Origin: Zygnema circumcarinatum SAG 698-1b
Taxonomy: Eukaryota; Plantae; Zygnematophyceae
Length of the DNA: 5,688 nucleotides
Reading direction: 5' to 3'
Assembly: GCA_037447605.1 (NCBI GenBank)
Contig: JBBHKD010000075.1
Coordinates: forward strand, 1 to 5,688
Position 1 is the first letter of the stretch; every line of letters starts with the position of its first letter. This document shows, piece by piece, positions 5,532 through 5,688 of this stretch. Position numbers and translations under genes: made by a program. The notes below the pieces were generated by a model. It ran no database searches. It was not told the origin of the DNA and saw only the letters and a list, made by a program, of their open reading frames with translations.

Positions 5532-5688
5532 GATAGATGGCGGCGTCAATCCTGTCGTCTCACGCCACACCGACAATTAGAAGCGCAGCTCGTACAATTC
5601 TGAATGTGGCGCCCGACAATCTGGCAGCCACCGGCCAAGTCCAAATCAGCCAATCCAAAGGCTGGCGGCGTGCCGGCGTCAGTTTTAG

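Noticed and set aside
5395-5580. 61-aa ORF, and a bacterial Dam/oriC reading of the GATC cluster
   Set aside because: The ORF is short and simply reflects the repeat. There are no DnaA boxes, AT-rich 13-mers or bacterial genes, and the neighbours are eukaryotic retroelements.

Overview
Eukaryotic repeat-derived DNA with no intact host gene, tRNA, rRNA or CRISPR array that I can support. The element types suggest a green-lineage alga or early plant, but that is inference only. From left to right: (1) an LTR-like module on the minus strand (28-281) with a (GGGA)10 tract and a PBS-like motif; (2) a TGACG cluster; (3) a ~730-bp array of short palindromes built on TGGTT-N-AACCA and GACCGGTC, with a possible hAT-type terminus at 735; (4) a ~930-bp pyrimidine-rich low-complexity tract; (5) a frameshifted CRE/SLACS-type non-LTR retrotransposon relic (zinc-finger remnant plus RT, about 2254-3640) that stops at the RT catalytic motif; (6) a GC-rich segment that may be a 3' LTR; (7) the integrase C-terminus and chromodomain of a Ty3/gypsy chromovirus on the minus strand, abutting a short gag-like ORF; (8) a second LTR-like module (5083-5374) with the same termini and PBS-like motif as the first; (9) six GATC cores at about 21-bp spacing. 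Most long ORFs in the supplied track are artefacts of low complexity or repeats. The most interesting unexplained items are the shared LTR termini with a non-canonical primer site, the palindrome array, the CRE-clade relic and the phased GATC array.
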